In this document: in pieces, positions 13,020-25,000 of the stretch
Layout of the letters: the number at the start of each line of letters is the position of its first letter
Position numbering within the stretch: the first letter of the stretch is position 1
Source: Leucoraja erinacea
Lineage: Eukaryota
Reading direction: 5' to 3'
Length of the DNA stretch: 64,000 nt
Assembly (NCBI RefSeq): GCF_028641065.1
Contig: NC_073387.1
Span: 15,810,001-15,874,000, forward strand
Notes under the pieces: generated by a model
What the model was told of the DNA's origin: nothing
Databases searched by the model: none
The model's input: the letters and a program-made list of their open reading frames with translations, nothing else
Position numbers and translations under genes: made by a program

Positions 13020-13920
13020 ATTATAACTAAATGGGAAGGAATGAAACTGGGCTCAGTGATCACGTGAGTTTATGGTTACCTGGCATGACTACATTGGCCA
13101 CTCACACAGTGGAGGATTGGGAGGAAACACCTGTGCGATTTGTCTGATTGTAGATCAAGGAGAACATCACAGCAGTGCAAAATGAAATCACTATAAGATT
13201 ATCCAGTGAAGGTTTATGGGTGGAGCTCATAAATGAAAAGGGTTCAATCACAGTGATGGGATTCTACTGTAGGTCCTCAAATAGTCAAAGGGAATTAAAG
13301 GAACAATTATCCAGGGTGTTTGAAGAGTTTTTAACTTTCCTAATGAAGACGGGGACCCCTATAGTGCTGAGGGCTGACAGAGAATGATTAATGTCAAGTG
13401 TCTTCAGGAAGATTTCCCCAGGAAATAGGGGGCCCCACGAGAGAGAGGGCAATATTGATCGACTTTGGGGAAATAGGGCAGAACATATGATTGAGTTCTC
13501 AATGTCGAAACACTTTGGAAGAAGTGAAAATTCTTCGATTTGGTTAAAAATGTTGATGGTTTTACAAAAGTTGATCGGAGAAGGTTGTCTGCAGACAAAG
13601 TGACTCCTGGCAAGTGGGACGCTTATAAAAGTGAGTTAGTGATAGTTCAAGGTCTGCAGGTTGCTGTTAGAGTGAAGAGCAAGGCAGGAATGAGTATGAA
13701 ACCCTGGATGACAAGACATATTGGGCCTCTGGTCAGAAATAAAGAGGCAAGGTCAGGTCAGGTGCAAGCAGCTGGGATCAAGTGAATTGTTAGAAGAATA
13801 TAGGTTTACAAGAAGTAAGTCAGGAGGGCAACAAGAGATGTTGAGGAAAGCTTTGGTAGAGAAGATTGATGAGAAGCCAAATTGATTATCAGTATATAAA
13901 AGGATATGACAACAGGTTAT
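13020..13920 (+). mobile_element. Old CR1 endonuclease-region remnant
   Basis: Decayed LWVEL..KG.ITVMGFYCRSSNS and KPWMTR motifs. Confidence 0.6.
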
Positions 13921-14049
13921 CCCCAAGTGCCGATCTGATTCCTGTTGCCAGCAAACAGGCCAGGGGGAGTTGAAGACCAGCACCACGGACTGCATCTGCC
14001 TGCCTGGACAGCGCTCCGGGCTATCCCAGCTCAGCCCTGGAGAAAGTGG

Positions 14050-14175
14050 TAGGGGGGGTGAAGAGACACGAGAGAGAGGCGTGAGAGAGAGAGAGAGAGA
14101 GAGAAAAAAGAAAGAGAGAGAGAGAGAGAGTGAGGGAGTGAAAGAGGAGGGACAGTGGGGTGAGAGGGGAGAAAG
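14050..14175. repeat. GA-rich simple repeat
   Basis: (GA)n and purine tract. Confidence 0.9.
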
Positions 14176-14642
14176 TGGGTGCTTCCCTGATAACTGTGCT
14201 TCGCTCTGCAGACTTGAAATCAGCCTGGACAAATCTGTGGACCCTGCTCCTTGAAAATTCCTGGAACAAAAATCATCATACCTTTATTTAATCATTATAA
14301 TTGTGCCCAGTTCCATTAACTCTCCCTGCAATTGTCTTTCTTCCAAAGAAATAACATGCACTTCCCCAGTGTAGCATTATCCATATATATGTAGGACAGT
14401 GGCCTGAATTGCTTTGGGAAATATTGACATGCAGAAGGATTGTTTACACAATGCATTGAATTGGATTAGTTCAATAGCAAGACATTTGGGAGTAAGATAT
14501 GTAATTTTTTTACTTAAACATTTTGTATCAATTGCAATAATGAATATTAAATCTATAGACTGACACAGGTACTCCAGGGAGAGAGTTGAAATGATGTTTG
14601 CCAAAGTTCACGTGGGAGGGAGAGCGTGAAAACTGTGCTAGA

Positions 14643-14980
14643 TCAATTCAATTCAATTCAATTCAATTCAACTTTAATGTCATTGCACAAATACAAGTAT
14701 GGGTACAACGAAATGCAGTTTAGCGTCAGTCCATAGTAATAGTGCAATATAGAAATAAAAATACAGAATAATTAAACAATGTGGACGGAGAGACTGGATA
14801 AATCTATCGGCGGGACTCCGAGTTCAGCAATGTGATGGTATTATTGTAGAAGCTGTTCCTCATCCTATTAGTACGAGACCTGAGGCTCCTGTACCGCCTC
14901 CCTGATGGGAGGAGGGCAAACAGTCCATGGTTGGGGTGGGAGGGGTCTTTAATGATCTTCCCGGCCCGTCTCAGGCACCG
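14643..14980 (-). mobile_element. Rex1/Babar LINE 3' fragment with (TTGAA)n tail
   Basis: Reverse complement of ~42930-43266. Confidence 0.85.
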
Positions 14981-15982
14981 TCAAAGGGAGTTCTGCAGTT
15001 TCTATTGGTTATCACAGCAGGAATTTACCCTAAATTTGTTATGTTTCCAGCACAATTTTACTGCAGTCAGAGGGGCTGCAGTCAGTCTGTTACTGCAGTC
15101 AGGATGGGGTCTGCGCACAAGACAGACCTACGACAGTTAGGAGAGGCGATAATGTCACAGCACTCAGAAAGCATGAGTGGGTCATTCACCAGTAGATGTC
15201 AGCAGTTGGATCATTGAGGCAGGGACTGCAGTCAGGAAAGCGAGTTGGTTATTTGCTGAAGAAATGCTTCATTGGATCATTGATGGATTGAGCTCAGTAT
15301 GGTGGTGAGTGAATGCAGGGTTTAGCTGGTAGCAAGGACACGTCTGACAGTAATTATATTGCTGACTTTCCAATGCAGACTGTTTGCACTCTGCTGAAAA
15401 CAGTTCCCTGGGTTAGTGTGTGGAGACTGCCTTCTACCAGGGTTCCACTCTCACTGTGTGAACAGAATCAGGGGTGACCCCATGATCACCGAGCCCTGTT
15501 TCATACCTTCCCATTCGAACGGCTCTGCTTAATTCAACACTTAATCCAGCTGAGGTCACTCACTAGCAACGCACAGTCTCAAAATCCACATCCCATCAAG
15601 CTCCACACACAGTTGGGTCACCATCATTCCCTGCAGCTATAAAAATGTGTCAAAGTGTGGAACCTCACTGGACACAAGTGTAGGTCAGGAATTCACCCCA
15701 AAGTCAGCATGAGTTGCCCTCATACACATTTCACACTGACCTGAGGAGATGGTCTTTGTGAATTGAAATAACCAGCACCGAGACTGTTGACATGTTCACT
15801 GTGGGATAGAAACGACACCAGCAACATATCAAACAAGCACAAAGTAAATGCCCAATAAACCCACATATCTATTTAGAAAGTCTCCGTTCGGCTCAATATT
15901 TTTGTAGAAACACAGATTTCCTTGGGCATGAGCCTGATGGGCTGAATGGTCTCTTCTGCGCTGGGTCATTCATTCTGATCTC

Positions 15983-16066
15983 TCAAGATTTCAAGGTCTG
16001 CAATGCGACAGCTTCGTTTGAATTGTTTGTGACATTTCCTGTAACTTCCCGTGGATTTCTGCAGCT
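15983..16066 (-). CDS. Terminal cytoplasmic exon SCRNPREVTGNVTNNSNEAVALQTLKS*
   Basis: T-rich acceptor tttgttgttcttgtttgatacag; open in phase 0 for 27 codons. Confidence 0.6.
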   Translation of the reverse strand, partial: SCRNPREVTGNVTNNSNEAVALQTLKS

Positions 16067-19000
16067 CTGTATCAAACAAGAACAACAAATATTCTTTAAA
16101 ATAAAGAGTTTATCCTGCAATGATAAACAATAGACTGGAAGTGATAGGTAAGAGGCAGTTTGGAGACAAAGTTGGAAATATTTACATGGCTATTTCATGG
16201 TAAAAAGAATACTCATTAGGAGTACTAGGAGTTCTGGTAGCCCCATTAAAGGAAGGATATGAAGGCTTTGGAGAAGATGCAGAAGAGGTTTACCAGAATG
16301 CTGCCTGGATTTGATTGGAAAGTAAAATCAACAGTTACGAAGGGTTGTGGTAGAAACAGCTCTGAGAGTGTCATTTAAGAGGTTTTTAGATAGGCATATT
16401 AATATGCAGGGAATGGAGAGATTTGGATCACGAGTGGGCAAAATAAATTAGTTTAAATTAGCATCATGATCAGCTTAGACATTATGGGCCAAAAGGGCTT
16501 ATTTCTGTGCTGCACTGTTCTATGCAAAACACTAAAATACAGATTGTCACCACTCTAATATGTTCTGTGAACATTCATTTTCTCAACGTCAGAGACAACC
16601 TGTCATTGGTTTCTGATATATTGAAAAGCTCATGAAATTCTCACCCTGTTCATTCTCCATGAGTAGGAAATTAGTCCAAGTGCAACGGCCAGTTTAATCA
16701 ACAAATATCGCAGAACTGTGATGATCCTAATGTCTTGAAGTGCTCTCACTGTGAAGGACAAAGTTGATATTTTCATTTTTTTTCTCAACCGTGTTTCATA
16801 ATTAAATACTACTGTCTGTGATGTGACATCAAAAACATTCTGAATTAGATACTGGGACACAGTGAGAAATAATATGTCAAGAGTGAGAAATATTTGTGCC
16901 ACGTCTAAGTCCAGGGTACCTTTTATTTCGCGTCCATAACATCTGAGTACTAATGTTTGATATTTTCTGCCTCATTACTTTTGGAACATTGTGAATATTT
17001 TTTGGGAGAATGAGATGTGTCTGAACATACACAAAATAGGTTGATCCATTATCTAAACTGATGTCAACCAGGTGTCCACCAAGGCATCTACGCAAGAGGG
17101 ACTGGATAGAGATTCACGGCTGAGACTCTGCAGGATCTGAATTCTCACTCAGGCCGTATTGCCTGAGGACCTCATACAATCAGAGAGTCATAGAGTGATG
17201 CAGCGTGGAAACAAACCTTTTGGCCCAACTTACAAGTCCCAGTTAGCCTAATCCCACCTCCCCAAGCTTGGTCCATGTCCCTACAAACCTGTCCTATCCA
17301 TTACCCAGTGAGGTGTGAGAGGCACGACTCATTCACTTGGGTTTATTTAAATAAATGTTCATTTTACAAAGGTGCAATCTTGCTTTAATTTTACCCTCAT
17401 GTATGGGTTTGAAAGATCTGTGTTTCCATAACATGTATATACAAAATGCTTTATATTTTATTTTGATTTATTCACTGATATAATATTATGCCATCAATTG
17501 ACAGGCTCCAGTGAAATTACACTTTGATCTGTAGCATTGGGTATAGATGGAAATATGGGAGATTTAAAATCAGAAATTGTTTTATTTAGGATTATACAGG
17601 GAAAAATATAATTATTACTCCAGTAGTAGTTGAAGGTTGTTATTGGTCCTTGTGAAATCTGAGGTTAGAATTTTGTCAAGGTACAACTATAGTACCGGAT
17701 CTGAGATTAGTCAGATGTGAAGCCTATTGGAGAAATGATCACTGAAATCATCAAACCTGGAATTGTCCACATTGGAAAAGATTAGATTCACGTAGAGATT
17801 GTACCCAAGAGAACAATAAACATAAATCTAATCACCTTACAACTTAAATTATTGTGTATACTTACCCTTTAAAAATAGTTAATTCTGTGATTATTCTAAA
17901 TTGTTCAATTGACATACAACATATGCATGTAGTTATGGTTAAGAACTGATTTATCTTTAACATTTTAAAGATAATTAATGTGCACGTAATATACATGTGT
18001 GATATTTTTTACACATTGTTGTAGCAGCCACTGCTGTCAGTTGACTGTAGCAATTTTCATTGAAGTCTGTTGTTCAGCACCTCTCTCTTTATTCCTTGCT
18101 TGAGTGAACAGCAATAGAAGAAAGACCATAGACACTATACGAATGATTAGGGGGTGACCTCTAGTAAAAATATCAATCTGTGGCAAGGATTTTCCATGGA
18201 GGATCAATGCTGAGTTATTGAAAGTGAGGCAATTATGCGAAAGAGAGAGCAGCAACTGAGCGAAACATGTTGTGATGTGACACAAGCTGAGGAACTTACC
18301 GTTCACCTTAAGATAGATTGAATTTCTCAGCTTGAGGCTGTTTCGCTGAAACAATCCACATGTCCATTTCCTTCTCACTGTCTCAGCTTTTGGAATAATC
18401 AGCTGCAAAGACCACACTTTCTCTCTTGACTTGTTCAAAAATATCTCTCCCATACTTTTGCCATCACTGTTGATCCAAGAGAGTCTCATTGATTCAGCAA
18501 CACCAGACACAGAGCAGGTCAGTGTTACATTGTTTTCCTCTGTTAATGCATCAGATGGTTCGACTGTGGCTATGAAACAAGACCATCATTAAAATTTTGA
18601 ACAGCAGCCAGGGTTTTTACTCTATTGATTTCTTTATCAATCGCCTCATAACCCTATGACTGGCCAAACGGACAATTTGTATTGTTTAGAAACAGTTTTA
18701 TTGTATGCTGCAGTGAACAGCAATAGAAAAATAACCACAGACACGACACAAATGATGAAGGGGTGATCTCCAGTAAAAAGTTCAATCTGTGGGAAGGGTT
18801 TTCCATGGAAGGTCAATACTGAGTCATTGAAGCTGAATGGCAACACCTAATAATATGATTGTTTACATTTATATTGTGGAACTTGATTTTCCATGATCAA
18901 AGAAACCAACTAAAAAACACTGCACAATAAGCAACTGCTGCCCGCAGCACTGCCTCAGTCCACTGTGCTGGAGCCAAACCCTTCCACACACTGACACATT

Positions 19001-22000
19001 CCAATGGCAGGATGCCATCGAGGATCTCCTGTGAATGACACATGATACAGAGGATCCGGAATATACCCTCATTTGACCTGCATTGAGGTTTATTTATTTC
19101 TTCGATGGACCCATTTCCAGTGGGTGAATCAATTCCACATCATCGACCTTAAATATGAAAAGGAAAATGCTGTAATGCCATGTGCTGCCTGATATACTGT
19201 TTCATGATTCATTTTGTGTTGAGTAAAACACAAATAAATATCTGTAATTCTGGAATAAAACCTACTCTTTAAAAGAAGGGAATATTTGGAGAAATTTGCA
19301 CAGAAATTGCAGCTCGCATTCAATGTCGGAGTTCTACTACAATGAATGAAAAATACTAGCAGCATTCAGTCTCCTACCTGTAACAGTGATTAGGTCAATG
19401 GTCACATATATATTTGATCCCGTGGAACATGTGTAAACTCCAGCATCTTCAAATTGTATGGGGACAATCCTCACATGGAAATTCTTGCCATTCACATTTC
19501 CCTCTGCGGTTTCCAGTCGATTCCCAAAGTAGCTCCTGTCAACATGGATCGGCTCAGACCTGTGAGAAGAAGTTATTTCCTTCTCTTGATTCTGGAAATG
19601 TTGTGATCTCCAAGTCCATTTAGTTTCACTGAGATCAGGAGAAGCTTCACAAATCAGGTCGAGTTCACTGTGATCTGTAACTGAGCGATAAACTGTGTAC
19701 GTCTTGTTATGTAAACCTGCAAGAGAGGGACAGGGAACAAAGAATTGGATTTCCACAGATGCCGAGATACAATGTTGTGAGTTTCCACAGAGCCAAACCC
19801 CCAGCTCTGGGATGTCAGCTGGGATGGCCGCACTGGGACAGGGAAGTCGGCTAGGAGCTGGAATACGTCACCTGCTGGTCCAGGTGCCCTTTGTTCAAAT
19901 GCCGAGCTGTAAAGTCCATCTTCCCCACACACACACCCAGCAAAGTGATGCTGGTGGACTGGAGATAAATTCTGCCACAATAGCTCAACACTCAATTATC
20001 ACTCATGTAGCAGCTCCATTTCACTGGGACTGTCAAGTGTTATTGGGCAGTTAATTATTTAGAGTATTTTATTGACCAGTGGAACTCAACATGCCTCAGC
20101 CAATCTTGCACCTGTAGTTTAGTTAGTTCATATTTCTCAGCTCCATTCCAGATAGAATACCACTTGCTTCTCTCCATTGATTGATGTTATCCCCTTTGAC
20201 TCATGCAGGTGAACTGAAATGAATCCCTTGGTTCTCCTGTGTGGCTCCATCAATCTTAGTGCCACCATTTTATATTTACAACATGTCCCAGGGTAAAGGC
20301 TATGTCCACATAGTGCAGTGTGGAAGCCCATGGGTGGAGTCAGTGCTCACTGTACAATATGTGGAACAGTTTGATATCAGGAACTATTAATACCTGCTGC
20401 AAGGCAGCTTTGGACTCACCCTGATCCACTTCAACATTGGTGTCTCCAGTGAGAACAATGGAGCCATTTTCCAGCACTTCCCATGTGTACAGATTGGGAC
20501 TTCCTGCTCCAACGTGTTGGACCATCAGATATACGGTGTTAATCAGATGGATCTGATCAGTGTTGTTCCTCGTGTTCTGCTGAGATGGGCCTCTTGGTTT
20601 CCAGTGAAGACTGACGGTATCTGGAAGTCTGGAGATGGTACAGCTGAGGGTGATGTCACTGCCCATTACTGGCCTCGGTGAGTCTGCCTCAACTGTGGAA
20701 TCAGACACATGACATGTGGATCAGTTCCCCACCAATTTTATGAATAACTGTGGGCAGAATTGTCTCTTTCCTGCAAACAGTTGGCCATACTCAGTGATGT
20801 CATCAACACTTCCTGGTAGTGACCATCTGTCCCTCTCGGCCCCCTCGCCTCCCACATCAACACTTACAGGTAGGGATTTATTTAGTACAGGAGAAACATA
20901 GAACTGCAAATGCTGGTTAATATATAAAAGGACAAAAAGTGCAGGAGTAATTCAGCGGGTCATGCAGCAACTCTAGAGAACATAGAAAGGCGATGTTTCA
21001 GGTCGAGACCCTTCTTCAGACTGATTATTTTTCTTCGATGTCTTTTACTGAGGGGTGATCATATTGGGGTGAATCATGAGAGGCATATCGTTAGTAAATG
21101 CACATGGCCTTTTTCCCAGTGTTGGGGAATCAAAAACTAGATAGTACATGTTTAAGTTGAGAGGGGACAGATGTGATATATCCCATAATGTGAGGTGCAA
21201 TTTTTTGACAAAGAGGGTGGTACTTGAACAAACTTTATGGAAAGATCGAGCAGAGGAAATGGTTGATGCAGGTGCAACAACAATTAAAAGACATTTAAAC
21301 ATGCACATGGAAAAAAGGTTGAAGGGATAAGGGCCAAATGATGGCAAATTGGATGGTTAGATGTTCAGTTGGTCCATTTGGATGAATTGGGCTAAAGGAC
21401 CTGTTTCAGTTGTGTGTGACACTATAACTTACCTTTGATCCCAAATAGTTCCCACTGTCTCAGGATTTTCCCACCGGGCTCTGCTCGAGTCCAGGTGAAT
21501 AGTCCTGCAAGTTCAAAGATGGGCTTCCTGATCCTCAGATCAAGGGTACCCCAGTCCACACGCATGCTCTGGGAAATGCCTGGTATTTGATTGTACTCAT
21601 CACTCCATTGTACGGCCCACTGCTGATCTTCTCTGTGAAAAGTGGCCAATCGCTTTGTGGTTTGTTGCCCTGAGTGTGGCCTCCATTCCCAGTCAATGGG
21701 GCCATTTCCAGGACTGTCTGGTCCTTTCATTACAAAGTTGCCTTCCTGGTGGAAAAAGTAAATAGAATCTCCACATCCTGTAGGAAAAGAGAAGAATCTT
21801 TAATAAGTTTTACATTATAATTCATCATCCTGGAAGAGCATAGAAATAGGTCCTCTTTATCAACCCACCAACGCTGACCAGTGGGTATCCTTCCACGCAG
21901 ACACTAGAAACTGCAGATTATGGAATGTTGATCAAACGCAAAGTGCTGGAGAAAATCAATGGGTTAGGCAGCATCTGTGGAGGGAATGGATTGATGATGT

Positions 22001-25000
22001 TTTGTATCTGGACACTTTTTCAGACTGATGGTCTAGTTGAGAAAAAACTGGGGAAAGGGAAGTAGGCATGAGACAAAGCATGGCAAGTGATAGGTGGATA
22101 CAGGTGGGGAATGGTGATTAGATGGATGGAGATAATGACAAAAGCAAGCGGTGAAATGGAGACCGTAGTTTGTCAGATCCGTAAAAGAGGGAGGGATATG
22201 GGTGGAAGTGGAGCAAGAACATATAAGCAGAATTGTGCAATTGGAAGGGGTGGGAAATGAGTGGAAAGAGGAAGGGAAGGGAATAGTGTAGCTGGGTGGT
22301 GGGATAAATGCATGCACAATGAAGTGGGGGGGGGAGAAAATGGGGTTTGGGATGTTTTATTTGAAATTTGAGAATGAATTGGTCATAATAGACTACTCAC
22401 AAACCAGAAGAACATATTCCACTTTCAAATTTCAGGACATCAAAACTCAATCATGACTAAGTATGAAGAGCAAACCCTGAGTCACTTACCACGGGGCTCC
22501 TGATAGTACGGGACAAAAAGCCGGGGCAGGTCTTGATGAAACAAACCACATCTCCAGTTCCCTCTGCCTCTCTCATCTTTCTGAATAACCAGATTCTGTG
22601 ATTTCTCTTCCACAGTCAGTGACATTTCTCCAACACTTTTGCCATCGCCATTGATCCAAACCAGTCTCATTGACTCAGTAACGTGAGACACAGAGCAGGT
22701 CAGTGTAACGGTGTCTCCCTCAGTCACTGCATCAGACGTTTCTGCTGTGACTGTGGAAACAAGCAGGTTGTTTAGATTTTAAACATTGAGTTCATCAGTA
22801 AAAACACTGGTAGCATAATATCTCCTACCTTTCACGGTGATTAGATCAATTGTCAGATATGGATATGTTCCTATTGAACATGTGTAAGGTCCGGCATCTT
22901 GAAACAAAATCGGGACAATCCTCAAACTGAAATCCTTGCCATTGAAGTGTTTCACTGAGGTCATCAGTCGATTCCGGAAGTAGGTCCGGTTGACATTGAT
23001 GGGCTGAGAGCCTACGGCAGTTGCTATTACTTTTTGTTGTTGTTGAAGGCGACGAGATGTCCAGGTCCACCGAGCAGTGGAATAGATATAACTAGGAGAA
23101 CAAACCAGGTGAAGTTCACTGTGATCTGTGTTGGAGCGGTAAAGCGTGCATCTCTCCTTATATAAAACTGTATCAGTGAGACAAAAGATAACTCCTTTCA
23201 GTATTCCAGTTACCGTGCCATAGATAGATTCTTATCCGCGTTTCAAATGTAACATATTTCTTGAATGCCGCACCAAAACACATCAGATCTTCATAAAATA
23301 AAATGTTGTGTTCAGCAGTAAGTTGTAGTTAAGTTTGAATATTCCACTACATTTCAACATTAGGTTCGCCCCCACTCCCGACTGTCCGGGAATCTCCCGG
23401 GATGGAATGAAACCTCCCGGAGAATCCTGAGAGCGTCCCGGGATGTGAATCTCTTTGTCTGTCTGCAGGAGGTAGTGCAGGTTCAGGCTGCGGACAGAAG
23501 CAGCCCAGAGGATGCCTGATCCGGACAGGTTGGCAGTTCAAGTGGGTCAGGTCTTCCCGTCCTACCCTGTTCCTGGGTCCTGCTCTCAGCTCAATGCTGA
23601 TCTGAAGCCAGAGTATGCAGCAGCTGGAATCACTTCAAACAGCAGCAGGACTCGGAGAGAAGGGTCAGTGAGGTGAGAGGGGACGGATTTTATTCAATGC
23701 TGATGTGTGTACCGGGACCCCAAGTGTGAGTGTGAGCAGCAAGTGCTGGTGGTTGTCATGGTGACTACACTTTCTATCTGACACTTTGACGTGAGTCCTG
23801 TATCAGTATCTCAGTCTCAGATACTGGAGCATTGATGGCAAGTTAAACTGACAAAATACTTTACTAAACAATTGTTACAGAAATACATCATCACTCCTGT
23901 GTTGTGTGTCTGTCACACAGAGACAAGCAGGCAGCTGCTCCACAGAGAGACTTTCTGGAAACTTCTCCCTGATCATTCAGCATTTTATACAGGAGAGCAG
24001 TTGGTCACTGTCCACAGTTCTTCACAGGGCGCACGCATAATATTACAAGATGCACCGTGATACAAGTGTCTACTTGATATGTAATGGGAGGTGTTTACAC
24101 TTACACGTGTTTACAGTAAAATCTCCATTACTGGTGAGAACGATGTTTCCGTTTTCCTTCACTTCACACACATACAACTTCCCATCCTCCACTGTAACAT
24201 GTCGGATCATCAGATAGACCGTGTTATTCAGGCGGATCTGATCAGTGTTGCTCCTGTTCTGCTGGGATGAGTCCATTGGTCTCCAGTGAAGACTGACTGT
24301 ATCTGAGAGTCTGGAGATGGTGCAGCTGAGTGTGACGTCACCACCCAGCAGAGGGCGCTGTGGACTTGCCTCAACTGTGAAAAACAGATGAATGAGATTC
24401 AGAGTGAGTAGTGGTGTGGACAGTCCAATGACTGGGCTCAAGGCTGACAGCCTGGCTGAAAGTCAGGACAACTTCTCCCCCAGTGCGTTCAGCCCCCTGA
24501 CACGCATGGCTGGTCACAGTGACGCAGCTGTTCACCGTGGGGCAGCTGGTGGAACCGGCAACATTCAGGCTTTGTTGCATTTACACATGCTCTGTTTCAA
24601 ATATTCACAAACTGTTGAAAATGCATCTATTTCCACCCCTCTTATGTTTATCTGATTGTTCTCAAGAGGTGAACACCTTGATGGCAGAGCCCAAGTCCCA
24701 CAGATGATGGACTTTCATCGGCCTGGTCACAGGGTAACATTAAGCAGCAGTGTCACCCCGGAGCCACTGCACGGAGACATTGGTTTCATACCACCTTGCC
24801 GCGATCACCTTAGCGTCTGCCGGCGAGAAGACCATGGCATTCGCTGCGGGGTGGATTCATTGATTTGCTGTTCCCAGTGAAGTCAAACTAATTTCACCAC
24901 TGCTGATCATTTTAGAATCAATGAACAAAATCATTTCCCCAGTTGTTTTACTGGGAGATTCTCTTTTCACCGGGTGGATGATGTCTCACGTCCCACCATC

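Noticed and set aside
13753-14269. ORFs with SL or RE repeats (also 62773-62995)
   Set aside because: Translations of GA microsatellites.
17866-17895. 30-nt stalk mini-exon with a strong GG|GTAAGT donor between D8 and the TM exon
   Set aside because: In the required phase it reads GAA TAA..TAA, and the alternative acceptor gives the wrong exit phase; at most a decayed or poison exon.
19660-23125. CACAGTG heptamers in the V exons as RAG recombination signals
   Set aside because: They encode the DHSE motif near the start of D3/D7 and have no nonamer at 12/23 spacing; all V exons end in normal splice donors.
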